Source of the DNA: a virus
Taxonomy: Duplodnaviria > Caudoviricetes
IMG/VR virus record: IMGVR_UViG_3300049847_000273
Location: 1 to 54,774 of that record
DNA: 54,774 bases
Reading direction: 5' to 3' (one strand)
Part shown: positions 29,252 to 37,771 of the stretch, one piece after another
How the letters are laid out: the number at the start of each line of letters is the position of its first letter
How positions within the stretch are numbered: position 1 is the stretch's first letter
The notes under the pieces: generated by a model
The model's database searches: none
What the model saw: the letters and a program-made list of their open reading frames with translations, nothing else
Told to the model about the DNA's origin: nothing
Made by a program: the position numbers and the translations under genes

Positions 29252-29340
29252 ACAAACAACCCCCTGATGAGTACCGCCAAGTAAACTCAAAAGAGGGTGT
29301 TAATTAAACTTTAATCTTGGCGGATTTCTCTACAAAGATA
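29252..29340 (-). promoter_or_regulatory. Promoter + structured leader (terminator-like hairpin whose loop pairs with the 5' end)
   Basis: TATCTTTG 29333-29340; CCGCCAAG near +1 is complementary to loop CTTGGCGG. Confidence 0.65.
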
Positions 29341-29356
29341 TAAAATTTTCAATAAA

Positions 29357-29779
29357 CTAAAACGGCAGTCCATCATCATCTACTTGTGTTGTTGCCGAAG
29401 GTGGACTCGGTTGCGGTTGAGCTACTGTTGCAACTTGTGGATAAGCACTGGCACCATTATTTGATGTTTCTGTTTTGGCACCTCCAAACTCTATCTCATC
29501 TACAATACACTTTAGTACTGCGTGAGTCTGTTGGTTTTGGGCCTGATACGTTTCAACTTCTGCTCTACCTTGTACGATAACATACGTTCCTTTCTTCAAA
29601 TAAGGCGATATAGCGACATTATTTGTGAAACGTGAACATCTTACCCAAGTCGTTCTTGTTTCTTCCTTAAACTTATCCGTTGTGGCTATACTGAAGTTTA
29701 TTACTTGCATATTACCACTTGGCAAATCATTTACTGTAGCATCGTTTCCCAAAAACCCAGCTAAAATTAGTTTCCTCAT
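29357..29779 (-). CDS. ssb: Single-stranded DNA-binding protein
   Basis: LAGFLGND, FSIATT, YLKKGTYVIVQG, acidic tip DDDGLPF. Confidence 0.95.
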   Translation of the reverse strand: MRKLILAGFLGNDATVNDLPSGNMQVINFSIATTDKFKEETRTTWVRCSRFTNNVAISPYLKKGTYVIVQGRAEVETYQAQNQQTHAVLKCIVDEIEFGGAKTETSNNGASAYPQVATVAQPQPSPPSATTQVDDDGLPF

Positions 29780-29786
29780 TGTTGTT

Positions 29787-31172
29787 TTATTTTAAATTTA
29801 ATTTCTTGATTATTTCTACCAAAACACCTACACAGATACTGTTACCAGCTTGTTTGTAGGCTTGACTGTCGCTGACATCCCAAACAAAATCTTTTACTCC
29901 TGGAATCCCAAAATTAAAGTCCATCAGTTTGAAGCACTCAATTGGCAAAAGCCTACGTATTCTTTGTTGGCTGTAAACGCCCTGATTACATTGAGTATCT
30001 AAAGTTTGACTTACTTTTTTACCAACTCTACCACGTCTTGTTTCTGAATTAGGATTTGAGAAGTTTATAGAATCTTCTTCTTCTTCTTCTGCTATGTCAA
30101 AGCCTTTTGAATTGTTGGTTGGAATCACAACCACATTATCCTTCTGAACTGTAGTCAATGTATTTGAAGTGCCGTTTTCGTTTATTTCAAGCATTTGCTC
30201 GGTTTCTAATCCTGATTTACGGCTTTTTGGGTTTTGTGGATTACGACCTCGTATTGCTCCTATTTTTATTCCTTCGCCTTTATTAGTTGATAATGTTGGA
30301 CTAACTCCTTCATCGCTATAAACATTTCCATTCATTCCATTTCCTGAAGGATTCACATTTGCTAATCTTATGATATTATCTGAAATATCTAATGATTTTG
30401 AACTTGATGTGATTGTAGATGCAACACTTTCTTCATCTTTAAAATTGATGTTTCCGTTATTAAAGTTAGAAGCTCTTGAATCAAAATAATTCAGCATTTT
30501 ATCACTCAAAAAATACTTTTCATCTACTTGATATTCCAATACATCTTTTAGTCTTTTTTCTAGCGGAAATGGCTTTGGGAACACAAAATTATTATCCTCA
30601 TCATCACGAATACCAATGATAAAAATACGCTCTCTATTTTGAGGAATTCCGTAGTGTTTAGCATTTAGTACTTGGTAGTAAATATGGTATGGCACCGAAT
30701 CATCACAAGGAAAAAATGTATGCAGTCCGTTTACTGATTTTCCGCCTAGATAGTTTATCCACTCTTGAAACGTTCTTCCGTATTCTGCTTTTGGATCAAC
30801 TTTGTCGTGAGATAGTAATCCTTTTACGTTTTCAAAAATAAAATACCTTGGTTTATTTTTTTGGATAAATTCCAATGAATTGAAAAACAAAATACCACGC
30901 TTATCCTCTTTACCTAATCGCTTTCCTGCTAAACTGAATGATTGGCAAGGAGGCGATGTCATATAGACGTCTAAACTTTCTTTTGGTATTTCACGTTCGT
31001 AAACATCTTTTGGGAAATACCTTGGAGTACCATAATTTAACTCAAATGTTTGTCTTGCGTACTTATCCATGTCACAAGCAAATAATTCATCATACTCAAT
31101 TCCTAATCTAATTAATGATTGATTAAATGCGCCTACTCCTGAAAAATCAGAACCTATTTTTATTTTTGTCAT
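29787..31172 (-). CDS. DNA (cytosine-5)-methyltransferase
   Basis: Motif I SDFSGVG, IV SPPCQ, VI FENVKG, VIII PQNRER, X QAGNS. Confidence 0.95.
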   Translation of the reverse strand: MTKIKIGSDFSGVGAFNQSLIRLGIEYDELFACDMDKYARQTFELNYGTPRYFPKDVYEREIPKESLDVYMTSPPCQSFSLAGKRLGKEDKRGILFFNSLEFIQKNKPRYFIFENVKGLLSHDKVDPKAEYGRTFQEWINYLGGKSVNGLHTFFPCDDSVPYHIYYQVLNAKHYGIPQNRERIFIIGIRDDEDNNFVFPKPFPLEKRLKDVLEYQVDEKYFLSDKMLNYFDSRASNFNNGNINFKDEESVASTITSSSKSLDISDNIIRLANVNPSGNGMNGNVYSDEGVSPTLSTNKGEGIKIGAIRGRNPQNPKSRKSGLETEQMLEINENGTSNTLTTVQKDNVVVIPTNNSKGFDIAEEEEEDSINFSNPNSETRRGRVGKKVSQTLDTQCNQGVYSQQRIRRLLPIECFKLMDFNFGIPGVKDFVWDVSDSQAYKQAGNSICVGVLVEIIKKLNLK

Positions 31173-31645
31173 TATAGTTCACTTTTTTTTATTCCGGAAA
31201 TATTACTGTATTGATATTGTTTTGATAGTTTAGGGTTTGTTTCTAGCTCGCCATTGTGCTTTAAACAACAAGCTCTCAAATATCTTTTGTCAATAAGTAG
31301 CGGAATATTGTTTTCTTTTGCCCATTCGTCTGCAAATCCTTTTCTTTTCATTAGATGTTCTACGGTATTGGCTACATTTGTGCATCCATCTATAAAACAC
31401 TTGAATTTTGCTTCCGATAAAACTTCTATTCTAACCTTTTGATAAACAGTATTCAATTCCTTTCTTTTCTCACTCACTTTCGGAATAGAATACTTTTTCT
31501 TTGGCTTATCAGGGTTCATTGATTTCAATTTAAGGTTTATAGGTTTTGCATACTTAAATTGACAATTAGCGGAACAGTATTTCTGAAATGAATTATAAGG
31601 TTGAAATTCTGTTCCGCATTTGCATTGTTTTAGCTTAGAGCGCAA
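31172..31645 (-). CDS. NinG-like/HNH-type zinc-finger protein
   Basis: CKCGTEF...YCSANC N-terminus; CFIDGC...EH...ACCLKHN C-terminus. Confidence 0.6.
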   Translation of the reverse strand: MRSKLKQCKCGTEFQPYNSFQKYCSANCQFKYAKPINLKLKSMNPDKPKKKYSIPKVSEKRKELNTVYQKVRIEVLSEAKFKCFIDGCTNVANTVEHLMKRKGFADEWAKENNIPLLIDKRYLRACCLKHNGELETNPKLSKQYQYSNISGIKKSEL

Positions 31646-32213
31646 CTCTCATGTTGTTAAGTCCTGACTCCTCTTGTTCCTCTTGACTGATTAAATCCAT
31701 CAAATCAGGTTGAGCTTTTTTGTTCTTGAAAAGATACATCCAAACTTCTTGCTGAATGTCATCAAACAAATCTGTTGCCTTGGCATTAATATCCTCGTTT
31801 TCATCCGTGAATCTAATCGTTGGAGATGTAAGCCCCACCTTTCCTGATTCGGTGCTTCTACTGCCAGTTATTTTAATGCCTAGATACTGCTCCTTACCTA
31901 CTAATACAACTCCATTCACATTGTACCTGTCAATTTCTTCTTTGTAGCCTCTGATGGCTTCTTTTAAAGCCTCATCGTTTTTACGGCAATTCTCTATAGC
32001 TAATTCCCAACCGTCCAACGAATCCATGCTAACAGCAAACAACTCTTTGAGTTCGTCTAGCTTGTTGGCAATATCAGGATGTGGCAACGTATCGGATTCT
32101 ACCGTAAACAACTCATTGTTGTTGCCTTTTTGCCAAAAGGAAATGTTCAATCCTTTTTTACTGTTGAGTTTTACTTTTTGCAAGTCAAACTCCTCTAATG
32201 TCAACTTTTTCAT
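31635..32213 (-). CDS. Hypothetical protein (192 aa)
   Basis: ORF track; PHPD and YLFKNKKAQ motifs. Confidence 0.75.
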   Translation of the reverse strand: MKKLTLEEFDLQKVKLNSKKGLNISFWQKGNNNELFTVESDTLPHPDIANKLDELKELFAVSMDSLDGWELAIENCRKNDEALKEAIRGYKEEIDRYNVNGVVLVGKEQYLGIKITGSRSTESGKVGLTSPTIRFTDENEDINAKATDLFDDIQQEVWMYLFKNKKAQPDLMDLISQEEQEESGLNNMRVAL

Positions 32214-32225
32214 ATTTATGGGTTT

Positions 32226-32471
32226 TTAAATTACTTTGGATAAAATGATGTAAATATCGTTTACTGTTTTGGCGTACTCAAAATCTTGATCCACTAAATT
32301 ACAACTAAATGCTTTTTCTAGTTCGCAAATTAAATCAATTACGTCTAGGCTGTCCATTCCTAGTTCGTCTTTCAGCAATGAATTGCTTTTTATTTCTGAA
32401 TGTGGCACATCATTTAGGTAGGATAGCCAATCTACTACTACGTCCTTTTGGTCTTGGGTTAATTCTGTCAT
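32226..32471 (-). CDS. acpP: Acyl carrier protein
   Basis: 81 aa acidic; LKDELGMDSLDVIDLICELEKAF...TVNDI with phosphopantetheine Ser motif. Confidence 0.85.
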   Translation of the reverse strand: MTELTQDQKDVVVDWLSYLNDVPHSEIKSNSLLKDELGMDSLDVIDLICELEKAFSCNLVDQDFEYAKTVNDIYIILSKVI

Positions 32472-32482
32472 ATTTCTTTTTT

Positions 32483-33016
32483 TTATTTGAAAAATAAATC
32501 TAACTCTTTTTGTTCTGATTTGACTACTCCGTAAATACGAAATATCATTTTATGCTCGCCTTTTACAAACTTTAGCTTTATCTCGTCTACACACTTTGTA
32601 TTGTCATCATTTATCGTTCTAGTAGTGATGATTGGCTTTTTGTGTTTTAAAGCTCTTACTATTTGTTGTTGCGTTGGTGTTTTCAATATATCCAAAACCA
32701 ACTTAATCCAAAAGTTTGCTTTATTGTCAAGGTCGATGTGCTTGGTGCTGTGATACTCAAACTCCAACCTTAGCTTCTCCAATTCCGGTAATCTTTCAAA
32801 GTACGGATACAAATACTCCTTGCTCTCTTGGATTATCTTTGATGTCAAATGGAACGATGTTCTGTCTGAGTAAAATAGGTTTCCAGTTAAATAGAATTCC
32901 TGCTTTGTAACCAACTTACCTTTTGAATCAAATTTCTGTTTTTTATACTTTAACGTCCATTTCGAGGGCGGGTCTAAAAGTACAATTTCTTTAATTAGAG
33001 GATATTCCTGATTCAT
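32483..33016 (-). CDS. RusA-like Holliday junction resolvase
   Basis: DLDN...KLVLDIL...INDDN catalytic pattern. Confidence 0.65.
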   Translation of the reverse strand: MNQEYPLIKEIVLLDPPSKWTLKYKKQKFDSKGKLVTKQEFYLTGNLFYSDRTSFHLTSKIIQESKEYLYPYFERLPELEKLRLEFEYHSTKHIDLDNKANFWIKLVLDILKTPTQQQIVRALKHKKPIITTRTINDDNTKCVDEIKLKFVKGEHKMIFRIYGVVKSEQKELDLFFK

Positions 33017-33236
33017 ATTTTGTGTCTTTAATTCCTAATTCAAACATTTTTTTTATCAACTTTTGCATAGCTGTTGCATGGTCATTTTCCTCCCTTAGTT
33101 TTTCGTATTGATTATTTGCGTCTTTCAAATTCCAAATAACACATCTGCTCTTTTCAAGCCAATGGATTAATTGCCTATTCAAAGTCCAATCATCCATTCT
33201 GTAATCCTTTTGTTCTTGGGTTAATTCTACTTTCAT
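32991..33236 (-). CDS. Hypothetical protein (81 aa)
   Basis: ORF track, coupled. Confidence 0.6.
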   Translation of the reverse strand: MKVELTQEQKDYRMDDWTLNRQLIHWLEKSRCVIWNLKDANNQYEKLREENDHATAMQKLIKKMFELGIKDTKYESGISSN

Positions 33237-33466
33237 TGTTTTTCTTTTAGTTTGTTGTAGTAAAAAATTACTGTTAATGCTATGGATTCATTTAAGTCGT
33301 TTGCTGACACTTTTTTGTTAAACCGAATCTTTTTACCGTTTGTATCTACTTCGATAAACCATTCGCCTAAAACAGATACAGGATACACTTTAATTCCGTT
33401 TTCATGCACAAAATAAATCTGCTCAGGACTAGCCGTTTTTCTGAAGGAACTCGATTTCTTTTTCAA
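33233..33466 (-). CDS. Hypothetical protein (~77 aa)
   Basis: ORF track; NGIKVYPV motif. Confidence 0.55.
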   Translation of the reverse strand: MKKKSSSFRKTASPEQIYFVHENGIKVYPVSVLGEWFIEVDTNGKKIRFNKKVSANDLNESIALTVIFYYNKLKEKQ

Positions 33467-33875
33467 GTGATTCTTTTTCTTTTTGATGCTTGTTTTGCAG
33501 TTGAATAATCTCTAATTCTAGTTTTTTCTTCTCTGACAATAGTTGCGAATTTCTCTTTTCTGTTGCTATGTATTCTGCCACAGCAGACTGAGATATGGTT
33601 TCTAGGTTCATGCAATAAGACTGTAATCGCCAAACGGATTGTAGTAGTAGAATAATCTCATCTTTTCGTTTATCGCCATCCTTTAAAGCCGTAGCCCATT
33701 TTGTAAAAGCATCACCCAAAAATAAAAAGTCTTGTTCCTTTTGGTTTAAAGCTATCCATTGCGCTGTATCGGCAAAATCAAAACGCTCTCTTTTTCTCTT
33801 GATGTATTCAAGATGCAAATTGGCTTGTTTTAATTCTAGTTGTTTTGCCATTTCTAACTGTTCTTCTATTGTCAT
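33429..33875 (-). CDS. Hypothetical coiled-coil protein (148 aa)
   Basis: ORF track. Confidence 0.7.
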   Translation of the reverse strand: MTIEEQLEMAKQLELKQANLHLEYIKRKRERFDFADTAQWIALNQKEQDFLFLGDAFTKWATALKDGDKRKDEIILLLQSVWRLQSYCMNLETISQSAVAEYIATEKRNSQLLSEKKKLELEIIQLQNKHQKEKESLEKEIEFLQKNG

Positions 33876-33886
33876 CGTTTTTGATT

Positions 33887-34870
33887 TTAAAATGGAATAT
33901 CGCTGTCTTCCTCGTCTAGTGATTCTGATACTTCCTCATACACTTGGGTGCCGATTGGCTTGAACTTCTCTTTCTTAGCATATACTTTTTCGCCTTGGTA
34001 CATCCAATAAAACTTTGCTAAGTTCCTGTCGAAATAAAGTTCTACTTTTCCAACACTTGCTACGCTCTTTGGTTTGGCTTTGGTAATCATCACATCTACT
34101 GCGTTGGGATGTCCACTTTGCCTATGGACGGTAATCATACATTTTCCTGAATCATACCACGTTCCTCCTCCTTTCAAATCGTATGGCGTTGGAGGTTTTC
34201 TTTGGCCGTCTTTATCGGCTTCTGTTTTTACAGGGTGAATAATGGTAAAGAAATGCATCTTGTGTAACTCAGACATTGAATTTCGGTAACTCAACACGTC
34301 ATCCAAATATTTATCATCCCTTGCAAAACCTTCTCCCTCCATCCCTACTCCATGCTTCATGTCTTTCCAAGAATCTATTGTAGCTGTTTGTATTCCTCCA
34401 TCTACATCTTTGTTCATTTGAGCTGCAATATCCCAAAACTCATAGGGTGTAATTTTCACCTTAAGATTGTCTTTGACCATAATTCTAAAATGATGTAACA
34501 CCCAATCTAAATTACGATCCACTTCTTGTTCTGAAATATAATTGGAATTTACAAAACGTTTATCAAATGTCTTTCCGGAAACTTTATGAATTAGGATTGC
34601 AACAATTTCATTTTTATCTCCAACATCCGGAACGTAAAGCAAATGTTTCCATCCATAAAACAAAGATGTGTTCAAAAGTAATTCAAGAAGGAATTCGCTC
34701 TTACCTGATCCAGGAAAACCTGTAATATCTGTAACCCCTGGAAGTGCCATGCTATATTTTTCATCAAGCAAAGGAAACCCTAAATAACACCCTCTTAAAG
34801 CACCGCTTTCCCTATAAACCATCATACCATCTCTGATACTGTTGTCAACTATTGAAAATCCTTCTTTCAT
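33887..34870 (-). CDS. DnaB/Twinkle-like replicative helicase
   Basis: Walker A TGFPGSGKS, Walker B TIDSW, IIHPVK, PYDLKGG, ITVHR; acidic DIPF tail. Confidence 0.8.
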   Translation of the reverse strand: MKEGFSIVDNSIRDGMMVYRESGALRGCYLGFPLLDEKYSMALPGVTDITGFPGSGKSEFLLELLLNTSLFYGWKHLLYVPDVGDKNEIVAILIHKVSGKTFDKRFVNSNYISEQEVDRNLDWVLHHFRIMVKDNLKVKITPYEFWDIAAQMNKDVDGGIQTATIDSWKDMKHGVGMEGEGFARDDKYLDDVLSYRNSMSELHKMHFFTIIHPVKTEADKDGQRKPPTPYDLKGGGTWYDSGKCMITVHRQSGHPNAVDVMITKAKPKSVASVGKVELYFDRNLAKFYWMYQGEKVYAKKEKFKPIGTQVYEEVSESLDEEDSDIPF

Positions 34871-34879
34871 TTCTTGTTT

Positions 34880-35281
34880 TTAGTAATTAATATGGCCATC
34901 CGTTTTACCTATTATTGGTTTCATTCTCAATGTGCCACTTGCTTTAGCTTTTCTAATCCAATTTTTCAAGGTTAGAAACCAACCCAATTCAGTTGTTGTA
35001 TTCCCTTTTTCGGACCAAGCTAGAGCTTCCTCAATGTAGATTTTCAAATCTACTCCTGCATATTCCTTCACAAATTTCTTATCGAACGAAAGCTCTTTTC
35101 GTAGCTCTTGGTAATCACTCCACTTACAATCTCTGAAATATATTTTAGACGATTGCTTGGCCGACACCTCTACCTTCAACAAGTCTTTTATCTTGAATTT
35201 GATTTCTTTTATTGTTGGCTCTTTGTCGTTGGCCTTTTCGTAGGCTAAAATCCAACTTTGAAGTTTTTTTAGTTTTTCCAT
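34880..35281 (-). CDS. Putative replication protein/helicase loader
   Basis: Directly upstream of helicase; W...LKNWIRK motif as in phage initiator C-termini. Confidence 0.5.
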   Translation of the reverse strand: MEKLKKLQSWILAYEKANDKEPTIKEIKFKIKDLLKVEVSAKQSSKIYFRDCKWSDYQELRKELSFDKKFVKEYAGVDLKIYIEEALAWSEKGNTTTELGWFLTLKNWIRKAKASGTLRMKPIIGKTDGHINY

Positions 35282-35283
35282 AG

Positions 35284-35517
35284 TTAAAAAGGTAGTTTGT
35301 TTTTAGGTATTTTTTCTAATTGACTTCTTAAATAAGTCAAAGACTTAAATTTGCCGTTAATGATATAGCCTATACAGTTATTATTTGTGACTTGTTTTAT
35401 TAATCTACCACTCTTGGAATTGTAACAAAGTCCGCAAGTGGTAAATAAATAATTATTCGCAATTTTTAAACGGTATTTACAAGTGTAATGTACTGTGATT
35501 GTTACTGTTGCGCTCAT
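35284..35517 (-). CDS. Hypothetical protein (77 aa, likely start MSATVT)
   Basis: CYNSKSGRLIKQ...IGYIINGKF...LPF. Confidence 0.65.
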   Translation of the reverse strand: MSATVTITVHYTCKYRLKIANNYLFTTCGLCYNSKSGRLIKQVTNNNCIGYIINGKFKSLTYLRSQLEKIPKNKLPF

Positions 35518-35634
35518 AGTAAATGTAGTTGTAGCCAATAGTTAGCAGTAATGCTATGAAGTAGATTCGTTTTTTTCTTTCAACAATTGGTTGCATAATA
35601 TTTTATTTAATTTGTTAGTGTAAAAAAGCCGAGA

Positions 35635-35724
35635 ATATAACATACGCTTGTAGCTATATGCTAGAAACTCCCTGCTATTATTCACGATTGCGGTGGCATA
35701 CAGCTACAAGCTTTCCCGTTATAA
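35635..35724 (+). repeat. attC-like site 1
   Basis: TAAC-ATAC-gcttgtagctatatgc...gcatacagctacaagc-TTTCCC-GTTATAA; arms 15/16 complementary. Confidence 0.8.
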
Positions 35725-36030
35725 GTGATTTTCTGAAAGACGAAACTCAACTAAAGTAGAAATCCACGTTTCGGAATAATTATGTGTAGTTCCGTCTTTA
35801 AAAAAAACTTTATAAATAACGCTATTTGCTTTTTCGTTAATGTGGCTATATTCTAACTTTTCAATTGGCTTTCTTTCGTTTTTATCGCCATAGCGAGTAA
35901 ATGTTTTTTCAATTTTTATTTTATCAATATTGCCTCCATATTTAAAATATTCGTGTAACCCAATCTCCTTATAAAAACCACTTATAACAGTCGTTTGTGG
36001 TAATTGGGTTTCTGTCTTTAATTTATTCAT
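35719..36030 (-). CDS. Cassette 1 protein (103 aa, start MNKLKTETQLPQTTVISG inside attC-like site 2)
   Basis: First ATG at 36030 after A-rich region; stop TAA overlaps the GTTA core at 35718-35721. Confidence 0.7.
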   Translation of the reverse strand: MNKLKTETQLPQTTVISGFYKEIGLHEYFKYGGNIDKIKIEKTFTRYGDKNERKPIEKLEYSHINEKANSVIYKVFFKDGTTHNYSETWISTLVEFRLSENHL

Positions 36031-36112
36031 TGTTTTGTATTTGTTATGATTAGTGATTATTAGGTGATTCGGCTTACTTTTACGCACTAACCACACAAGC
36101 AAAACGTTAGGG
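35982..36112 (+). repeat. attC-like site 2
   Basis: TTATAAC-AGTC-gtttgtg...cacaagc-AAAAC-GTTAGGG. Confidence 0.7.
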
Positions 36113-36118
36113 CAAATA

Positions 36119-36556
36119 CTACATTTTGCTCATTAAAGAGCAATAATTTTCAATTGCATTTTCAAAGGTATTTCCAAAAGCATAGTTTTCGCTTTCTTGT
36201 AGATTTATAAAATCTAAACCATGACAGCAAAATTCATTACCGTCTTTTTCTACTTGTATTTTCCACCATTCTTTTTGAACATTACTTTTATTACACGAGT
36301 CACATACAAATGTTCCTCCGTAAGAAAAAGGGAAACAATCTGATTTCTCACATTTGAAAACGTATGTAAATGCTATTCCATCTTCTTTTGCCATTTTTTT
36401 AGCGTATTCAAAACCTTGCGTTTCTAAATACCATTGTCCAACATTTCCATAATCAGCTTTTTTTGGTTCTGAACCTCCATTAATAAACTGATTAAATCCT
36501 GCACAAGTTGAAGGACTAGCTTTAATTAAATCTTGAGCAAATTTTAAATTTTTCAT
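36119..36556 (-). CDS. Cassette 2 protein (145 aa, Cys-rich putative Zn-binding)
   Basis: Start MKNLKF; CEKSDC...CDSC; KDGNEFCC...FINLQES...AFG. Confidence 0.75.
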   Translation of the reverse strand: MKNLKFAQDLIKASPSTCAGFNQFINGGSEPKKADYGNVGQWYLETQGFEYAKKMAKEDGIAFTYVFKCEKSDCFPFSYGGTFVCDSCNKSNVQKEWWKIQVEKDGNEFCCHGLDFINLQESENYAFGNTFENAIENYCSLMSKM

Positions 36557-36586
36557 AATAATTTTTAGTTTAATAATACGTACTTG

Positions 36587-36721
36587 CCCTAACACACGCT
36601 ACAAGCAAGCTCGGCAATTGACTGTATTTGTTAATAATTTTGTACTTGTTTATATTTGTTTTTTAACCGAAAGATTACGCCTCTTTAATCCCAACCTGCG
36701 TGTAGCGCGGGAACGTTAGGG
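36587..36721 (+). repeat. attC-like site 3
   Basis: CCCTAAC-ACA-cgctacaagcaagctcgg...ccaacctgcgtgtagcg-CGGGAAC-GTTAGGG. Confidence 0.8.
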
Positions 36722-36740
36722 ATAACCGCCTAGATTGTGG

Positions 36741-36977
36741 CTAAAGCCTATCTCCTTCTGTATCTCCAGAAGTATCTTGTCTTATCATTTTTTCAGTACC
36801 TTCTCTTGGAGTAAATGTTACATTTTTTCCTGCCTTTAAGTGCGAACCTCCTTCTGTATGAATATATTTATTGCTAACAGACAAAACTTTTGCACCTTTG
36901 TAATTTGTTCCTGTTAAGTTTGCTTCTAAATAATCTCTTTGAAATGAATTTGCATTTCCGCTAATTTTTTTTGACAT
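36741..36977 (-). CDS. Cassette 3 protein (78 aa)
   Basis: ATG with A-rich upstream; fills the space between GTT 36715 and AAC 37022. Confidence 0.7.
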   Translation of the reverse strand: MSKKISGNANSFQRDYLEANLTGTNYKGAKVLSVSNKYIHTEGGSHLKAGKNVTFTPREGTEKMIRQDTSGDTEGDRL

Positions 36978-37015
36978 AATTTCAATTTTTATTTGATTAA
37001 TGTTTCGTGGTATAT

Positions 37016-37093
37016 CCCTAACACTCGTTACACGCTCCAGCCGAAACTATCCAGCGTGCTAGGCTGGCATCGTGTAGCGAGGGGCCGTTGTAG
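37016..37093 (+). repeat. attC-like site 4
   Basis: CCCTAAC-A-ctcgttacacgctccagcc...ggctggcatcgtgtagcgag-GGGCC-GTTGTAG; GC-rich 78-bp hairpin in AT-rich DNA. Confidence 0.85.
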
Positions 37094-37100
37094 GCAATGG

Positions 37101-37289
37101 CTACGATTCCGTTTCAATTGAACTATTTTTAGATGCATTTTTAAGGCATCCAATTTTAAACGCATCATTGTAATAGGATAATAACCCCATCACTTCAAAA
37201 TCTGAAAAACCATCTACTTTAAAAGATGTTTTAGTTCCATCTTCATTTACTTCTTGTTTTATTACAATTTTTTTAATTTCTATTTCCAT
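37101..37289 (-). CDS. Cassette 4 protein (62 aa, start MEIEIKK)
   Basis: First ATG lies inside cassette boundaries 37087-37327; GFSDFEVMGLL. Confidence 0.7.
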   Translation of the reverse strand: MEIEIKKIVIKQEVNEDGTKTSFKVDGFSDFEVMGLLSYYNDAFKIGCLKNASKNSSIETES

Positions 37290-37320
37290 AATTACTTTTA
37301 GTTTTAAAACCCGCCACAGC

Positions 37321-37453
37321 CTACAACAGCAGTTACAAGACAAACGGGCATTTGTTATTAATTTTTTAATTGTTTTGTACTTTTTAGTTTTGGTTTTTAA
37401 TCGAAGCATAAGGCGTACTTTTCCTTAACTACCGTTATGCTTTAACGTTAGCA
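37321..37453 (+). repeat. attC-like site 5 (degenerate right arm)
   Basis: CTACAAC-AGCAG...GTTAGCA; central T-rich segment resembles site 3; only short aacgg/ccgtt arm pairing remains. Confidence 0.6.
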
Positions 37454-37459
37454 GTAATA

Positions 37460-37771
37460 CTACGAAAATCGTAAATTAAGACTACATAATCCGCAAATAA
37501 TACCCAATATAAATATTATCAAAATACGTCTTGCATGATTTGATTCTAATCTCCATTCATCAGCTATATTAGTATAAATAAGAAAAAAAATAGTATAAAT
37601 AAAAAATACTAAAAGCGCAAATTGTCTTAATTGTATATTTTCTTTTAGTTCAAATATCCATTGCCAAGGGTTTTTAAATTCAAATATTAAAAAAGACCTT
37701 ACTAAATAAGATACCCAATAAATGCCGTTTGATATTAAAAAAATATCTTTTACTTTGTTTTTAGTTGTCAT
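37460..37771 (-). CDS. Cassette 5 membrane protein (103 aa, ~3 TM)
   Basis: Three hydrophobic stretches; very AT-rich; bracketed by GTT 37447 and AAC 37808. Confidence 0.7.
   Translation of the reverse strand: MTTKNKVKDIFLISNGIYWVSYLVRSFLIFEFKNPWQWIFELKENIQLRQFALLVFFIYTIFFLIYTNIADEWRLESNHARRILIIFILGIICGLCSLNLRFS

Noticed and set aside
29787-31645. Methyltransferase plus neighbouring nucleases as a restriction-modification system
   Set aside because: Neighbours look like NinG-like and HNH phage proteins; an orphan protective methyltransferase is the simpler reading
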